Shown: positions 9,267 through 17,093 of the stretch, piece by piece
Layout: every line of letters starts with the position of its first letter
Numbering within the stretch: position 1 is the stretch's first letter
IMG/VR virus record: IMGVR_UViG_3300037296_000406
From: an uncultured virus (IMG/VR IMGVR_UViG_3300037296_000406)
Taxonomy: Duplodnaviria > Heunggongvirae > Uroviricota > Caudoviricetes
Length of the DNA stretch: 20,235 bases
Reading direction: 5' to 3' (one strand)
Position numbers and translations under genes: made by a program
Notes under the pieces: generated by a model
What the model saw: the letters and a program-made list of their open reading frames with translations, nothing else
Told to the model about the DNA's origin: nothing
Database searches by the model: none

Positions 9267-11405
9267 TTACTCGTTTGTAATAATTGGTTTAGGAATTAAT
9301 TGATCGGATATTGAACCGTCCCCTAACTGACCCATAGTATTGATTCCAAAACAATATAGTAATCCTCTTTTTGATACACATCTATGTCGACTAAATCCTT
9401 GAGATATTAAATCTAGATTTTCTATTGGACCAGATTCATCTTCTTTCAGGATTGGGACAGGGGAAGAGTTAATATTTGTAACCGTATTGAACCCAAAATT
9501 AAAATTATTTTCTCCAACACAGTAACCTTCACCGTTCTTAATATAGCAAAAAGAATTATTTCCTTTTCCAATATAGCTAACAGAGTTTAAGGGGTTTCCA
9601 TTTACATTAGTAATGTTTGCTTTTGAAAACCCATTAGTATTTCCATTAGCTAACTGACCTGAAGAGTTATCTCCCCAAGAAAGAACGTTATTTTCATTAT
9701 TAATAGCTAAAGAATAGCTTCTTCCTAATTGAATAGATTTAACTCCTAAAAGAGTTAAATTAAACGAGTCTATCACAGAAACGAAATTATCTCTATTAGT
9801 ATTTGTGCCATCTCCTAGGTTAAAAAACTCATTTGAACCTCTACAGTAAACTTGATTACTTTTTATATAGCAAGTTGAATTATATCCAGTTGAAAAATCT
9901 TCTATATTTGTTAAAGTAAAACCCTGAAGGGTATCTACTTTTGTAGCAATACTTCTTGATGTGATCATGAGTGAACCTAATTGACCTGAAGAATTATCTC
10001 CCCAGCAATATAACTCACCTGAAGAATTAGAAGCGCAATTATGTAAATTACCTGAGTCTAATTTTACGATTCCTGTTAATTCTGTTCCTAAATTATCTAT
10101 TTTAACTGATGTTGGTACTATTGTGTTTGTAAAACCACCTATACCTAATTGACCTGAAGAATTATCTCCCCAGCAATAAACTTTATTATCTTCACCTAGA
10201 GAACATGTACTACTTCTTGTAGAAACTATCTGTAATGACTCGAGAGGCTCAGAGTTAAATTCAACAAAGTCAAAAGTTTTTTCACACGAATAGTTAATAA
10301 GATTGTCGTCAACACATGTATCAAATGAGTTTCTACCTAATTGAAAAAATTCATTTCTTCCTGTACAATTAACTTTCTTATTTTTTATAATACAAGTATG
10401 ATTCAAGCCTGTAGATATTCCAGTAATATTGCTTAAGGTACTCAGTTCTATATTAGAACTAGTGCTTCCCCATTCGTTTGAGGCGGTGACATTAAAAACT
10501 GTATTCGGAATTACTTCTGAAGGATTCCCTGATATTATTCCTGTAGAGGTATCAAATAAAACTCCTTTAGGTAATTCAGGGTTAATAGAATATTCATCTG
10601 CAGAATCTCCTGAATATATTGGAATATTATCTCTAGTAAGCTTTTTACCCGCTAAATATGATGAGGAAACATCTAAGTAGGTCAAAGACTCTGGGGATCT
10701 ACCAGTTACCTCTATAAAAAAATCTACTGAAGATTGACCTCCTGAGTTCTTTGCTATAATTGTGTATTGAGTTCTTTGCTGTTCCCCGATTGGACTTCCT
10801 GAAACTGTTCCTGTATCAGAATCAAATAAGAGTCCGGCAGGTAACTGTGGGTTTATCTCGAATAAAGTAATATTTCCTCCATCAGAACTTAAAATAGAAA
10901 TTGAATTCATATTTCCTCTACGTTCGACACTTATTTCGGAATTACTCAAAATTAAGTTAGACGGCTGTATGTCTAAAATCCTTATTTTTATTGGAAAAAC
11001 TCTAATATAGTCTGTTAAATTTCTTGATGCAAAACTTTGCCTAATTGCAGAATCACTATATCTTACCACAATAGAATACTCTCTTTCATCTTGAATTTTC
11101 AGTGGGCTTCCTGAAATCACGCCTGTCACAGGATTTAATACTATCCCTGAAGGTAAAGTTATATCGGAATAAAATTCAATGTCTGTTGAGGAATTATATG
11201 TTGGAACTAGAATAAATGGACTATCACCTTTTGTTAGAGTTAGTTGACTTGCTCCGTATTGAAAATCTGAAATTCCTTCAATACATGTTCCAAAAATTCC
11301 TTCACTGCATATTGACTCTCTAATTTCCTCATCCGTTTGCTCTTCTTCTTTTTTCGAGCAAGAAAACAATAAAGAAAATGAAAATAAAATAAATAATAAC
11401 TTCAT
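9267..11405 (-). CDS. Lipoprotein with three putative Ig (He_PIG-like) domains and an RCC1/BLIP-II beta-propeller
   Basis: Lipobox LLFSC; three LPxG...TGxISGxP repeats; seven RCC1-type repeats (e.g. VYCWGDNSSGQLG, LYCWGDNSSGQLG, LSWGDNSSGQLA, LYCFGINTMGQLG). Confidence 0.9.
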   Translation of the reverse strand: MKLLFILFSFSLLFSCSKKEEEQTDEEIRESICSEGIFGTCIEGISDFQYGASQLTLTKGDSPFILVPTYNSSTDIEFYSDITLPSGIVLNPVTGVISGSPLKIQDEREYSIVVRYSDSAIRQSFASRNLTDYIRVFPIKIRILDIQPSNLILSNSEISVERRGNMNSISILSSDGGNITLFEINPQLPAGLLFDSDTGTVSGSPIGEQQRTQYTIIAKNSGGQSSVDFFIEVTGRSPESLTYLDVSSSYLAGKKLTRDNIPIYSGDSADEYSINPELPKGVLFDTSTGIISGNPSEVIPNTVFNVTASNEWGSTSSNIELSTLSNITGISTGLNHTCIIKNKKVNCTGRNEFFQLGRNSFDTCVDDNLINYSCEKTFDFVEFNSEPLESLQIVSTRSSTCSLGEDNKVYCWGDNSSGQLGIGGFTNTIVPTSVKIDNLGTELTGIVKLDSGNLHNCASNSSGELYCWGDNSSGQLGSLMITSRSIATKVDTLQGFTLTNIEDFSTGYNSTCYIKSNQVYCRGSNEFFNLGDGTNTNRDNFVSVIDSFNLTLLGVKSIQLGRSYSLAINNENNVLSWGDNSSGQLANGNTNGFSKANITNVNGNPLNSVSYIGKGNNSFCYIKNGEGYCVGENNFNFGFNTVTNINSSPVPILKEDESGPIENLDLISQGFSRHRCVSKRGLLYCFGINTMGQLGDGSISDQLIPKPIITNE
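9975..10178. repeat. Perfect 36-bp direct repeat inside RCC1 repeats (9975-10010 and 10143-10178; partial copy at about 9651-9677)
   Basis: acctaattgacctgaagaattatctccccagcaata occurs twice, 168 bp apart, and encodes YCWGDNSSGQLG. Confidence 0.9.
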
Positions 11406-11411
11406 GTAGTA

Positions 11412-11419
11412 TAAATGGA
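11412..11419 (-). promoter_or_regulatory. TCCATTTA element, leaderless configuration
   Basis: TCCATTTA-tactac-ATG(11405); no SD. Confidence 0.75.
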
Positions 11420-11560
11420 CTAAAACACCAATTTTCAGACAATAACTTGGATAATTATAAACAATACTTAATAATGTGATCCCATATAAACTAAATCATT
11501 GTGATGTAACACCTAATCTTTCGCTGTTAAGACCTAAGTTCCTAACAAAAGATATATTTA

Positions 11561-12025
11561 TTACAGATACCTTGAAATTGGATAGTTATGAAAAACAGTT
11601 ATAATTTTCAACCATAAATTGTCCCACCTATTCTTGTCTTCTAATTTATAGATAAATACTTTACGATTATATCTTTTTGCGTTTTTGTAAATCTTTGAAA
11701 GATATTTAATTGTTTGTTCTTCGTTCATATTTTCTATTCTTTTAGTTTTAATAACTATATCTAAACATGAATGTTTTTTTAAATCTTTATTGTATTCCTT
11801 ATATAAAATAAAATTTTGTTTTAATCTATGTTGGAAATCAATACTCATGTATTGTATCTTTCCTTTTTCATCTCGACCAACTACTGGGTCTCTTAATTTT
11901 TCATCTATTTTTTTATCCTTATACATATTTGTTATAGAAAATATTCCTTGATTTAATACCATTTTATTTTGTATAGCACTTTCTATTTCATTTAATTTTT
12001 TCTTTTTAGGTAGTGTAATTATCAT
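11561..12025 (-). CDS. Hypothetical protein, possibly a degenerate TARG1/DarG-like macrodomain
   Basis: SD AAGGA. The C-terminal half (LDIVIKTKRIENMNEEQTIKYLSKI...VFIYKLEDKNRWDNLWLKIITVF...ISRY) follows the pattern of that macrodomain class but lacks the Gly-rich loops. Confidence 0.5.
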   Translation of the reverse strand: MIITLPKKKKLNEIESAIQNKMVLNQGIFSITNMYKDKKIDEKLRDPVVGRDEKGKIQYMSIDFQHRLKQNFILYKEYNKDLKKHSCLDIVIKTKRIENMNEEQTIKYLSKIYKNAKRYNRKVFIYKLEDKNRWDNLWLKIITVFHNYPISRYL

Positions 12026-12036
12026 GATCTATTCCT

Positions 12037-13374
12037 TTATTGAAAAATGGATAAGTTATCTTTTATTTTTAAATTTTTTAAACTCTCAGGAAGATATAAT
12101 TCTTCTTTATCAAAAATTGTATTTAATATTTTCATGAACTCCTTTCTACTAAATCCATATTTACCCTTGGGTGAGACTAAATAAGTCCCATTAAATCCTT
12201 TCACATGGCTATAAGCGACATTATATTTTTCAATTTGTTCTTTTATACTTTTATTGCTCCATTTGTTTTGACCATGCTTTAGTTCTATAGGAATTATTAA
12301 TCCATATTCAGGTAAGGTAAGTAGTAAATCAACCCTTCCTCTCTTATTTTTTTTCTTTGGAATATTAACTTCCTCTTGTAGTGTATACATTATATTTTTA
12401 GAATTTAATAACTTTTTTATTTCATTATTTAATTTTTTTTGAAATAATTTCTCTTTAAGGGTAAAAGAAAAAATCATGTGAGAACATACTTTATCAATAA
12501 TACATCTTCTTGTTGCAGCGCTATATGCAGCGTTAGACTTTTTTTCAAATTCATGTCTTTTAGTAAATTTATTTGCTTCTTTTTGAATTAACGAAGGCGT
12601 CCAGTTAATATATTTTGATTCCATATTACAACAAACATTATCTAATATTTTCTGTCTTTTTGCGTATGCATAAGCATTTGGATCTTTGTTACTAAATTCA
12701 AATCTTGTTTGGTATTGGGATGCTATTTTTTTTACTTTATCTTTTGACCATGTTTGACGTTTCAGGTTCATATGACGGGTAGCTTCTTCAAGTAAACCTC
12801 GTTTAATTATTATACGATATTCTTGACTATATTTAGTATACAACTCTTTTTTATTTGTACACTTTTTTGCTGTATTGATTAGGTCTTTATTAGTTCTAGT
12901 ATGTCTAATTTTTTTCATGTGAGAACAGACTTCGTCTATTATATTCTCTCTTATTGCATATGAATAATCTTTTGAATTATCTTGAGAAAAAGAATTTCTT
13001 GTTTTATATTTTTTAGCTTCTTTTAAGCACTTTGAATAACTCCAAGATTCCTGAACGAATTCCATGTGTTGACAAACTTCATCTAAGATACCTAGTCTAA
13101 TACTTGAGCTATACGCCTTACTATTATTTTTAAAATCAATTCTTCTTTGATATTGTTTAGCTTCTTTTATACATTTTTCTTTATTCCAAAATATAACTGT
13201 AATTTCCATGTGTTGACAAACTTCATCTAATATGCCTAGTCTCAAGCTTGCATGATAAGCACTTTTACATTTTTTTATGAAATCAGATTTATTGGAATAC
13301 TTAATAGATTCTTTTTTAATAGATTGAATGTTCCATTTTTTTTTCTTTTTATAACTATCCTTTATTTTAGTATT
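12037..13374 (-). CDS. Six ~48-49-aa tandem repeats plus a C-terminal PD-(D/E)XK nuclease (homing-endonuclease-like); start codon uncertain
   Basis: Repeat W..E....EA..Y..R..F......AY....R..I(L/I)D.VC.HM; nuclease motif E...GRVDLL...IPIELK. The frame is open from 13374, upstream of the TTG called at 13245, and adds the first repeat. Confidence 0.75.
   Translation of the reverse strand, partial: NTKIKDSYKKKKKWNIQSIKKESIKYSNKSDFIKKCKSAYHASLRLGILDEVCQHMEITVIFWNKEKCIKEAKQYQRRIDFKNNSKAYSSSIRLGILDEVCQHMEFVQESWSYSKCLKEAKKYKTRNSFSQDNSKDYSYAIRENIIDEVCSHMKKIRHTRTNKDLINTAKKCTNKKELYTKYSQEYRIIIKRGLLEEATRHMNLKRQTWSKDKVKKIASQYQTRFEFSNKDPNAYAYAKRQKILDNVCCNMESKYINWTPSLIQKEANKFTKRHEFEKKSNAAYSAATRRCIIDKVCSHMIFSFTLKEKLFQKKLNNEIKKLLNSKNIMYTLQEEVNIPKKKNKRGRVDLLLTLPEYGLIIPIELKHGQNKWSNKSIKEQIEKYNVAYSHVKGFNGTYLVSPKGKYGFSRKEFMKILNTIFDKEELYLPESLKNLKIKDNLSIFQ
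12044..12051 (-). promoter_or_regulatory. TCCATTTT variant element followed by SD
   Basis: TCCATTTT-tcaata-AAGGA-atagatc-ATG(12025); same 18-nt geometry as the 9207 copy. Confidence 0.55.
13060..13242. repeat. 39-bp direct repeat (2 mismatches) at 13060-13098 and 13204-13242
   Basis: 144-bp period, encoding RLGILDEVCQHME in repeats 1 and 2 of the nuclease. Confidence 0.9.
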
Positions 13375-13771
13375 CTATATTAACATATTTATAGGATATT
13401 ACAACAATAAATATTATTTTTACTTAACTTAAATTTTATTTATACCCTATTTGAGTATTTTTTTATATAAAAAATAAATTTATGTTCTTATTTGTAGTAG
13501 TATAAAATGATGATAAATAAAACAATTAAATAAATGTAATTTAGATACTCCTATTTTGGATCTAAGAGATAACCTATGATCATTTACTCAATATTTTAAC
13601 GGAAAACAAATCTTTTTTTTTAAACATTGATACTCTCTTTTAAGGATTTAAGTGTTAAAGAAAGATTTTATCTTGATGAAAACCATATTAATATTTTTAA
13701 AGAAGTTGTTGATTTAGAATTAATAAAAAAATTGAAGATACATTGTTCGATACTAATGCCTAAAATTAATT

Positions 13772-13990
13772 TTATGAATTACAATCTCCATTACTATAGA
13801 AAAAAAATGAATTTTCAAAAAGAGTTTTACTTCTACCAAATTCTTTTATATCACATTCATACATAGGAGAATATACAACTTCATCTATCCAACCATTAGA
13901 CCTTTCGTCTTTGTAAGGTCTAATACTTATTACTTTATATAATAAGTTATTAGACTTACATCTATAAACATGTCCTGAGACTATATTCAA
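13772..13990 (-). CDS. DUF1653-like small protein
   Basis: GHVYRCKSNNLLYKVI...EVVYSPMY...FGRSKTLF fits the DUF1653 pattern; TTG directly follows the nrdB TAG, with GAGG upstream. Confidence 0.65.
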   Translation of the reverse strand: MNIVSGHVYRCKSNNLLYKVISIRPYKDERSNGWIDEVVYSPMYECDIKEFGRSKTLFENSFFFYSNGDCNS

Positions 13991-15064
13991 CTAAAAATCC
14001 TCTGATACTTTCTCAAAATCGACTTTCTCTCTAGTAGCTTTTCTATATTCTGAAGAACGTCTTTCGAAGAAATTTACCTTACCTCTAACGTCATTTTTAA
14101 TCATAAAATCAAAAGGCTGTCTTGTGTTATACATCTTGTCAAAACCAAAATCCTCTAAAATCAAATCGGCTACAGATTCAATATACTCACCCATCATCAC
14201 AGAATTTAAACCTAGAAGAGAAACAGGTAGCGAGTCGGTAATAAATTCTTTTTCAATTTTTACAGCATCTCTAATTATTTCTTGAATTTCTTCTTTATTT
14301 AACATTTCAAACTCAGTATTTGTTGACTTTTTAAGAAAAGCAATTTCTCTTAGTTGTTTACCTAATTCTTCGTCAGATACACTTTCATCATCTAATCTAG
14401 TGCTAATATAAAATTCTTTTTGTTTAATTTGATTATTTATTTTTACTAGCTCTTGATATAATGTCGCAGCAAAAACTCTATGAAAATTTTCATCTCTTGC
14501 AATTAAGTCGTTAGCCATTGAAAGTCCGGGCATCAATCCTTTTTCTCTAATCCAAAATATTGAGCAAAAAGAACCTGCAAAGAATAAACCTTCAACTACA
14601 GCGAAAGCAAATAATCTCTTGCTAAATGATGCCTGAGATCCAATCCATTTTTTCATCCATTTTGCTTTTTTAGCAATAAAAGGATAGTTATCAATAGCTT
14701 TAAAAAGTTTAACTTGCTCTTCTTCATTTTTTACATATGACTCAATCATATTTGCATAAGTATGCCCATGAACAGCCTCAATTCCAATCTGAGTATTATA
14801 AAATTGGATAGCCTCTGGAATGTTAACATCTTGAATAAATCTATAACATAGATTCTCATTAACGATAGCATCGCTTTGAGCAAAGAAAGCTAAGATTTTT
14901 AATATTAAATCTTGTGCTGGTTTTTCCATTTTCTTTAAATCATCTAGGTCTTCACTAAAGTCTATTTCGTAAGGTGTCCAAAAGCTTTGTAATTGTTGCT
15001 CATATGCGTCCCACAGCGGTCTATTTTGTATGGGAAACAGGGTATTTCTGTCTTTACTAATCAT
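13991..15064 (-). CDS. nrdB: Ribonucleotide reductase class Ia beta (R2) subunit, eukaryote-like subtype
   Basis: FWTPYEID, FFAQSDAIVNENL, EAVHGHTY (iron ligands and radical Tyr), VEGLFFAGSF, RDENFH, NFFERRSSEY. Start at ATG 15064 with SD GGAGG. Confidence 0.96.
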   Translation of the reverse strand: MISKDRNTLFPIQNRPLWDAYEQQLQSFWTPYEIDFSEDLDDLKKMEKPAQDLILKILAFFAQSDAIVNENLCYRFIQDVNIPEAIQFYNTQIGIEAVHGHTYANMIESYVKNEEEQVKLFKAIDNYPFIAKKAKWMKKWIGSQASFSKRLFAFAVVEGLFFAGSFCSIFWIREKGLMPGLSMANDLIARDENFHRVFAATLYQELVKINNQIKQKEFYISTRLDDESVSDEELGKQLREIAFLKKSTNTEFEMLNKEEIQEIIRDAVKIEKEFITDSLPVSLLGLNSVMMGEYIESVADLILEDFGFDKMYNTRQPFDFMIKNDVRGKVNFFERRSSEYRKATREKVDFEKVSEDF

Positions 15065-15100
15065 TATTTTCCTCCAAATATGGTTTTTGATTTCAACTAC

Positions 15101-15108
15101 TAAATGGT
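15101..15108 (-). promoter_or_regulatory. ACCATTTA variant element upstream of nrdB
   Basis: 7/8 match, 36 nt upstream of ATG 15064. Confidence 0.5.
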
Positions 15109-15192
15109 TTATTTTGTCAAAAATAAAATAAAAATAATATCTTCCTACAATCTGCGGACTCATAAGATCTTTAAACTTCTTAAGGGTTTATT

Positions 15193-15221
15193 TTTACATA
15201 ATAAATAATATTGGGTATATA
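15193..15221 (+). promoter_or_regulatory. Sigma70-like promoter for the PcfJ gene
   Basis: TTTACA-17 nt-TATATA-6 nt-ATG(15228). The AT-rich background weakens the call. Confidence 0.4.
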
Positions 15222-15227
15222 GAATAT

Positions 15228-17093
15228 ATGCTTTATTCCTTGAAAAAACTATTAAATTTTAATAAAAAAAAATATGTTGTTGAATCAAACTTATATAAAC
15301 AAGACTTAGAAAATCTAATAAAAAATGTTAATGAAAAATTTATTAAAAAAGATGAAAAATTCAGACGATATACACAACTGTTTTCATCATTCTTTTATGG
15401 ATTTTCTAGAAACAACATATCTTATTTAGAGGAAATTTTGCCTACTTTAATTAAATTAAGTAAAGAATTTAAGGATTATCCAAAATCAGGAAATATGCAG
15501 TTAGAAAAAATAGCCAGTGGTTTAATCTTTTACAATCTTAAAGTTCTAGAGTTGAAAAACTGTGATTCATTTTATAAAAGTATAATTACTAAAATATTTG
15601 AAATAAATAGTGATGCTATTTTGGCTGAAGCCGAAAAAGATATATTATTTATTTTAGAGAAAGCTTCCGATGAAAATTCTATCATATTCATAATCAAAGA
15701 ACTTAACAGAATATCTTTAAATAAAAAACAAAAAAAAATTACAATAAACTTAAAAAAATGTTCAAGCCTTGAATATATGCTAAGCCCTATAGATAATAAC
15801 ATAATTTCAGCTATGTTACAGGAAAAAATACCTTTTTCTTTTAACGGCTCAAACAAGTTAGAGCACTATATAGCAATTTCGTATCAATATTTAGATAAAG
15901 AATTTATTAGTGTGGAAAACAAACAGATTATGTTAGATTTTATATCCTATAAAATAAATTCTGAAAAGCCTAAACAACTTAACAAGCAATTTCTTGAATA
16001 TCATACATTAGCATACTATATTAAATCTGAAAGTATGCTATATCGATTACAATGCTTATTATACAAACTAGGTATTAAGCATTTCTGTCTCAATCACACT
16101 AATATTTTTTTTCAAGAATCTATTAATGTTAAAAAAATAGTATGCTTAACAGAAATCCCTTCAAAAATAATTGATAAAATCAACTACTATTCAGAGATGA
16201 AAGAAATAAAAGATTTTTATAAATTGTTAAATGAAAACTGTGTTAATGAAAACTCTACTATATCTAAAATATTAAATGAAATAAATATAAATAATAACAA
16301 AAAATTATGTATTTTTTTAGAAGAAAAAATATCTAAAGAATTTGATTTTGATTTCTTCTTTACCTACATTAATTTCAATTCTGAAAACAAATTTAATGAA
16401 AATATTTTATTTAATATTCTTAATAAAAAAACAAATCTCATAAAATTTACACAGAATTCAAAAGTTTTAAGTGATGAATTTGTCCTAATGAAAGATTTCA
16501 TTGAAAGATTATTATTATTTTATTCTACAAGTAAAGTTTTAAATATTATTTTCTTGATATTTGAAGACGACAACTTTAATCTCAGTTACCTTAGAGATAC
16601 TCATTACCAATTAAATAAAATAATTGTATTTAATGAATCTACAGATATTAATCAAGATAAAATTAAAATGATTTCTAATCCAAAAAACTTAAAAGAAATA
16701 CATGATAATGTATCTTTACTTGCTAGACAAATACAACAAAGAAATTTTAAATTAAATGGTCAAGAAAGACTTATTGAACTTCAAAAGGAGACCGATGGAA
16801 ATCTTACAATAGAAGTTCCTTTAAAAAACCATTCTTTAATAAAAATTGGTCAAGAGCTTAATATATGTGTTGGGGGTGGAAGCTATGCTGATAGTATCAA
16901 TTGTGGTAACTGCTACATAATCAATATTATAGAAAACAATAAAATGAAATATTGCATAGAAATTAATACCAATGATTTTTCAATAAAGCAAGCAAAGGGT
17001 GTCTGTAATTCGGAAGTGAACCAATCCGACCTTAATTGGATTGATTCAGTTCTATCTAAATTTTATAAAGAAAAATTAACTTCCACAAACTAA
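15228..17093 (+). CDS. PcfJ-domain protein (C-terminal domain) with a long N/K/I-rich N-terminal region
   Basis: LKEIHD...IEVPLKNHSLIKIGQELNICVGGGSYADSI...YCIEI...IKQAKGVCN fits the PcfJ-like pattern; overlaps the nrdA 3' end by 18 nt. Confidence 0.75.
   Translation: MLYSLKKLLNFNKKKYVVESNLYKQDLENLIKNVNEKFIKKDEKFRRYTQLFSSFFYGFSRNNISYLEEILPTLIKLSKEFKDYPKSGNMQLEKIASGLIFYNLKVLELKNCDSFYKSIITKIFEINSDAILAEAEKDILFILEKASDENSIIFIIKELNRISLNKKQKKITINLKKCSSLEYMLSPIDNNIISAMLQEKIPFSFNGSNKLEHYIAISYQYLDKEFISVENKQIMLDFISYKINSEKPKQLNKQFLEYHTLAYYIKSESMLYRLQCLLYKLGIKHFCLNHTNIFFQESINVKKIVCLTEIPSKIIDKINYYSEMKEIKDFYKLLNENCVNENSTISKILNEININNNKKLCIFLEEKISKEFDFDFFFTYINFNSENKFNENILFNILNKKTNLIKFTQNSKVLSDEFVLMKDFIERLLLFYSTSKVLNIIFLIFEDDNFNLSYLRDTHYQLNKIIVFNESTDINQDKIKMISNPKNLKEIHDNVSLLARQIQQRNFKLNGQERLIELQKETDGNLTIEVPLKNHSLIKIGQELNICVGGGSYADSINCGNCYIINIIENNKMKYCIEINTNDFSIKQAKGVCNSEVNQSDLNWIDSVLSKFYKEKLTSTN

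Noticed and set aside
9597..11220. TCCATTTA copies at 9597-9604 (+) and 11213-11220 (-)
   Set aside because: They lie inside the RCC1 gene with no suitably placed start, and match the roughly two chance hits expected.
3978..11419. Reading the motif as TAAATG(GA), the poxvirus late promoter/initiator
   Set aside because: In that orientation it points away from the adjacent genes and opens no substantial ORFs; SD sequences and lipoboxes indicate a bacterial system.
11420..11560. Possible ncRNA or tRNA in the intergenic gap
   Set aside because: No cloverleaf, T-loop motif or convincing stable stems are visible by eye.
9975..13242. 36-bp and 39-bp direct repeats as possible CRISPR repeats
   Set aside because: Only two full copies each, periods of 168 and 144 bp are multiples of 3, they encode protein repeats, and there are no cas genes.
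2853..15856. Short ORFs 2853..3119, 6073..6279, 7686..7883, 10429..10680 and 15572..15856
   Set aside because: All lie antisense within well-supported longer genes and show no motifs; they are shadow ORFs.
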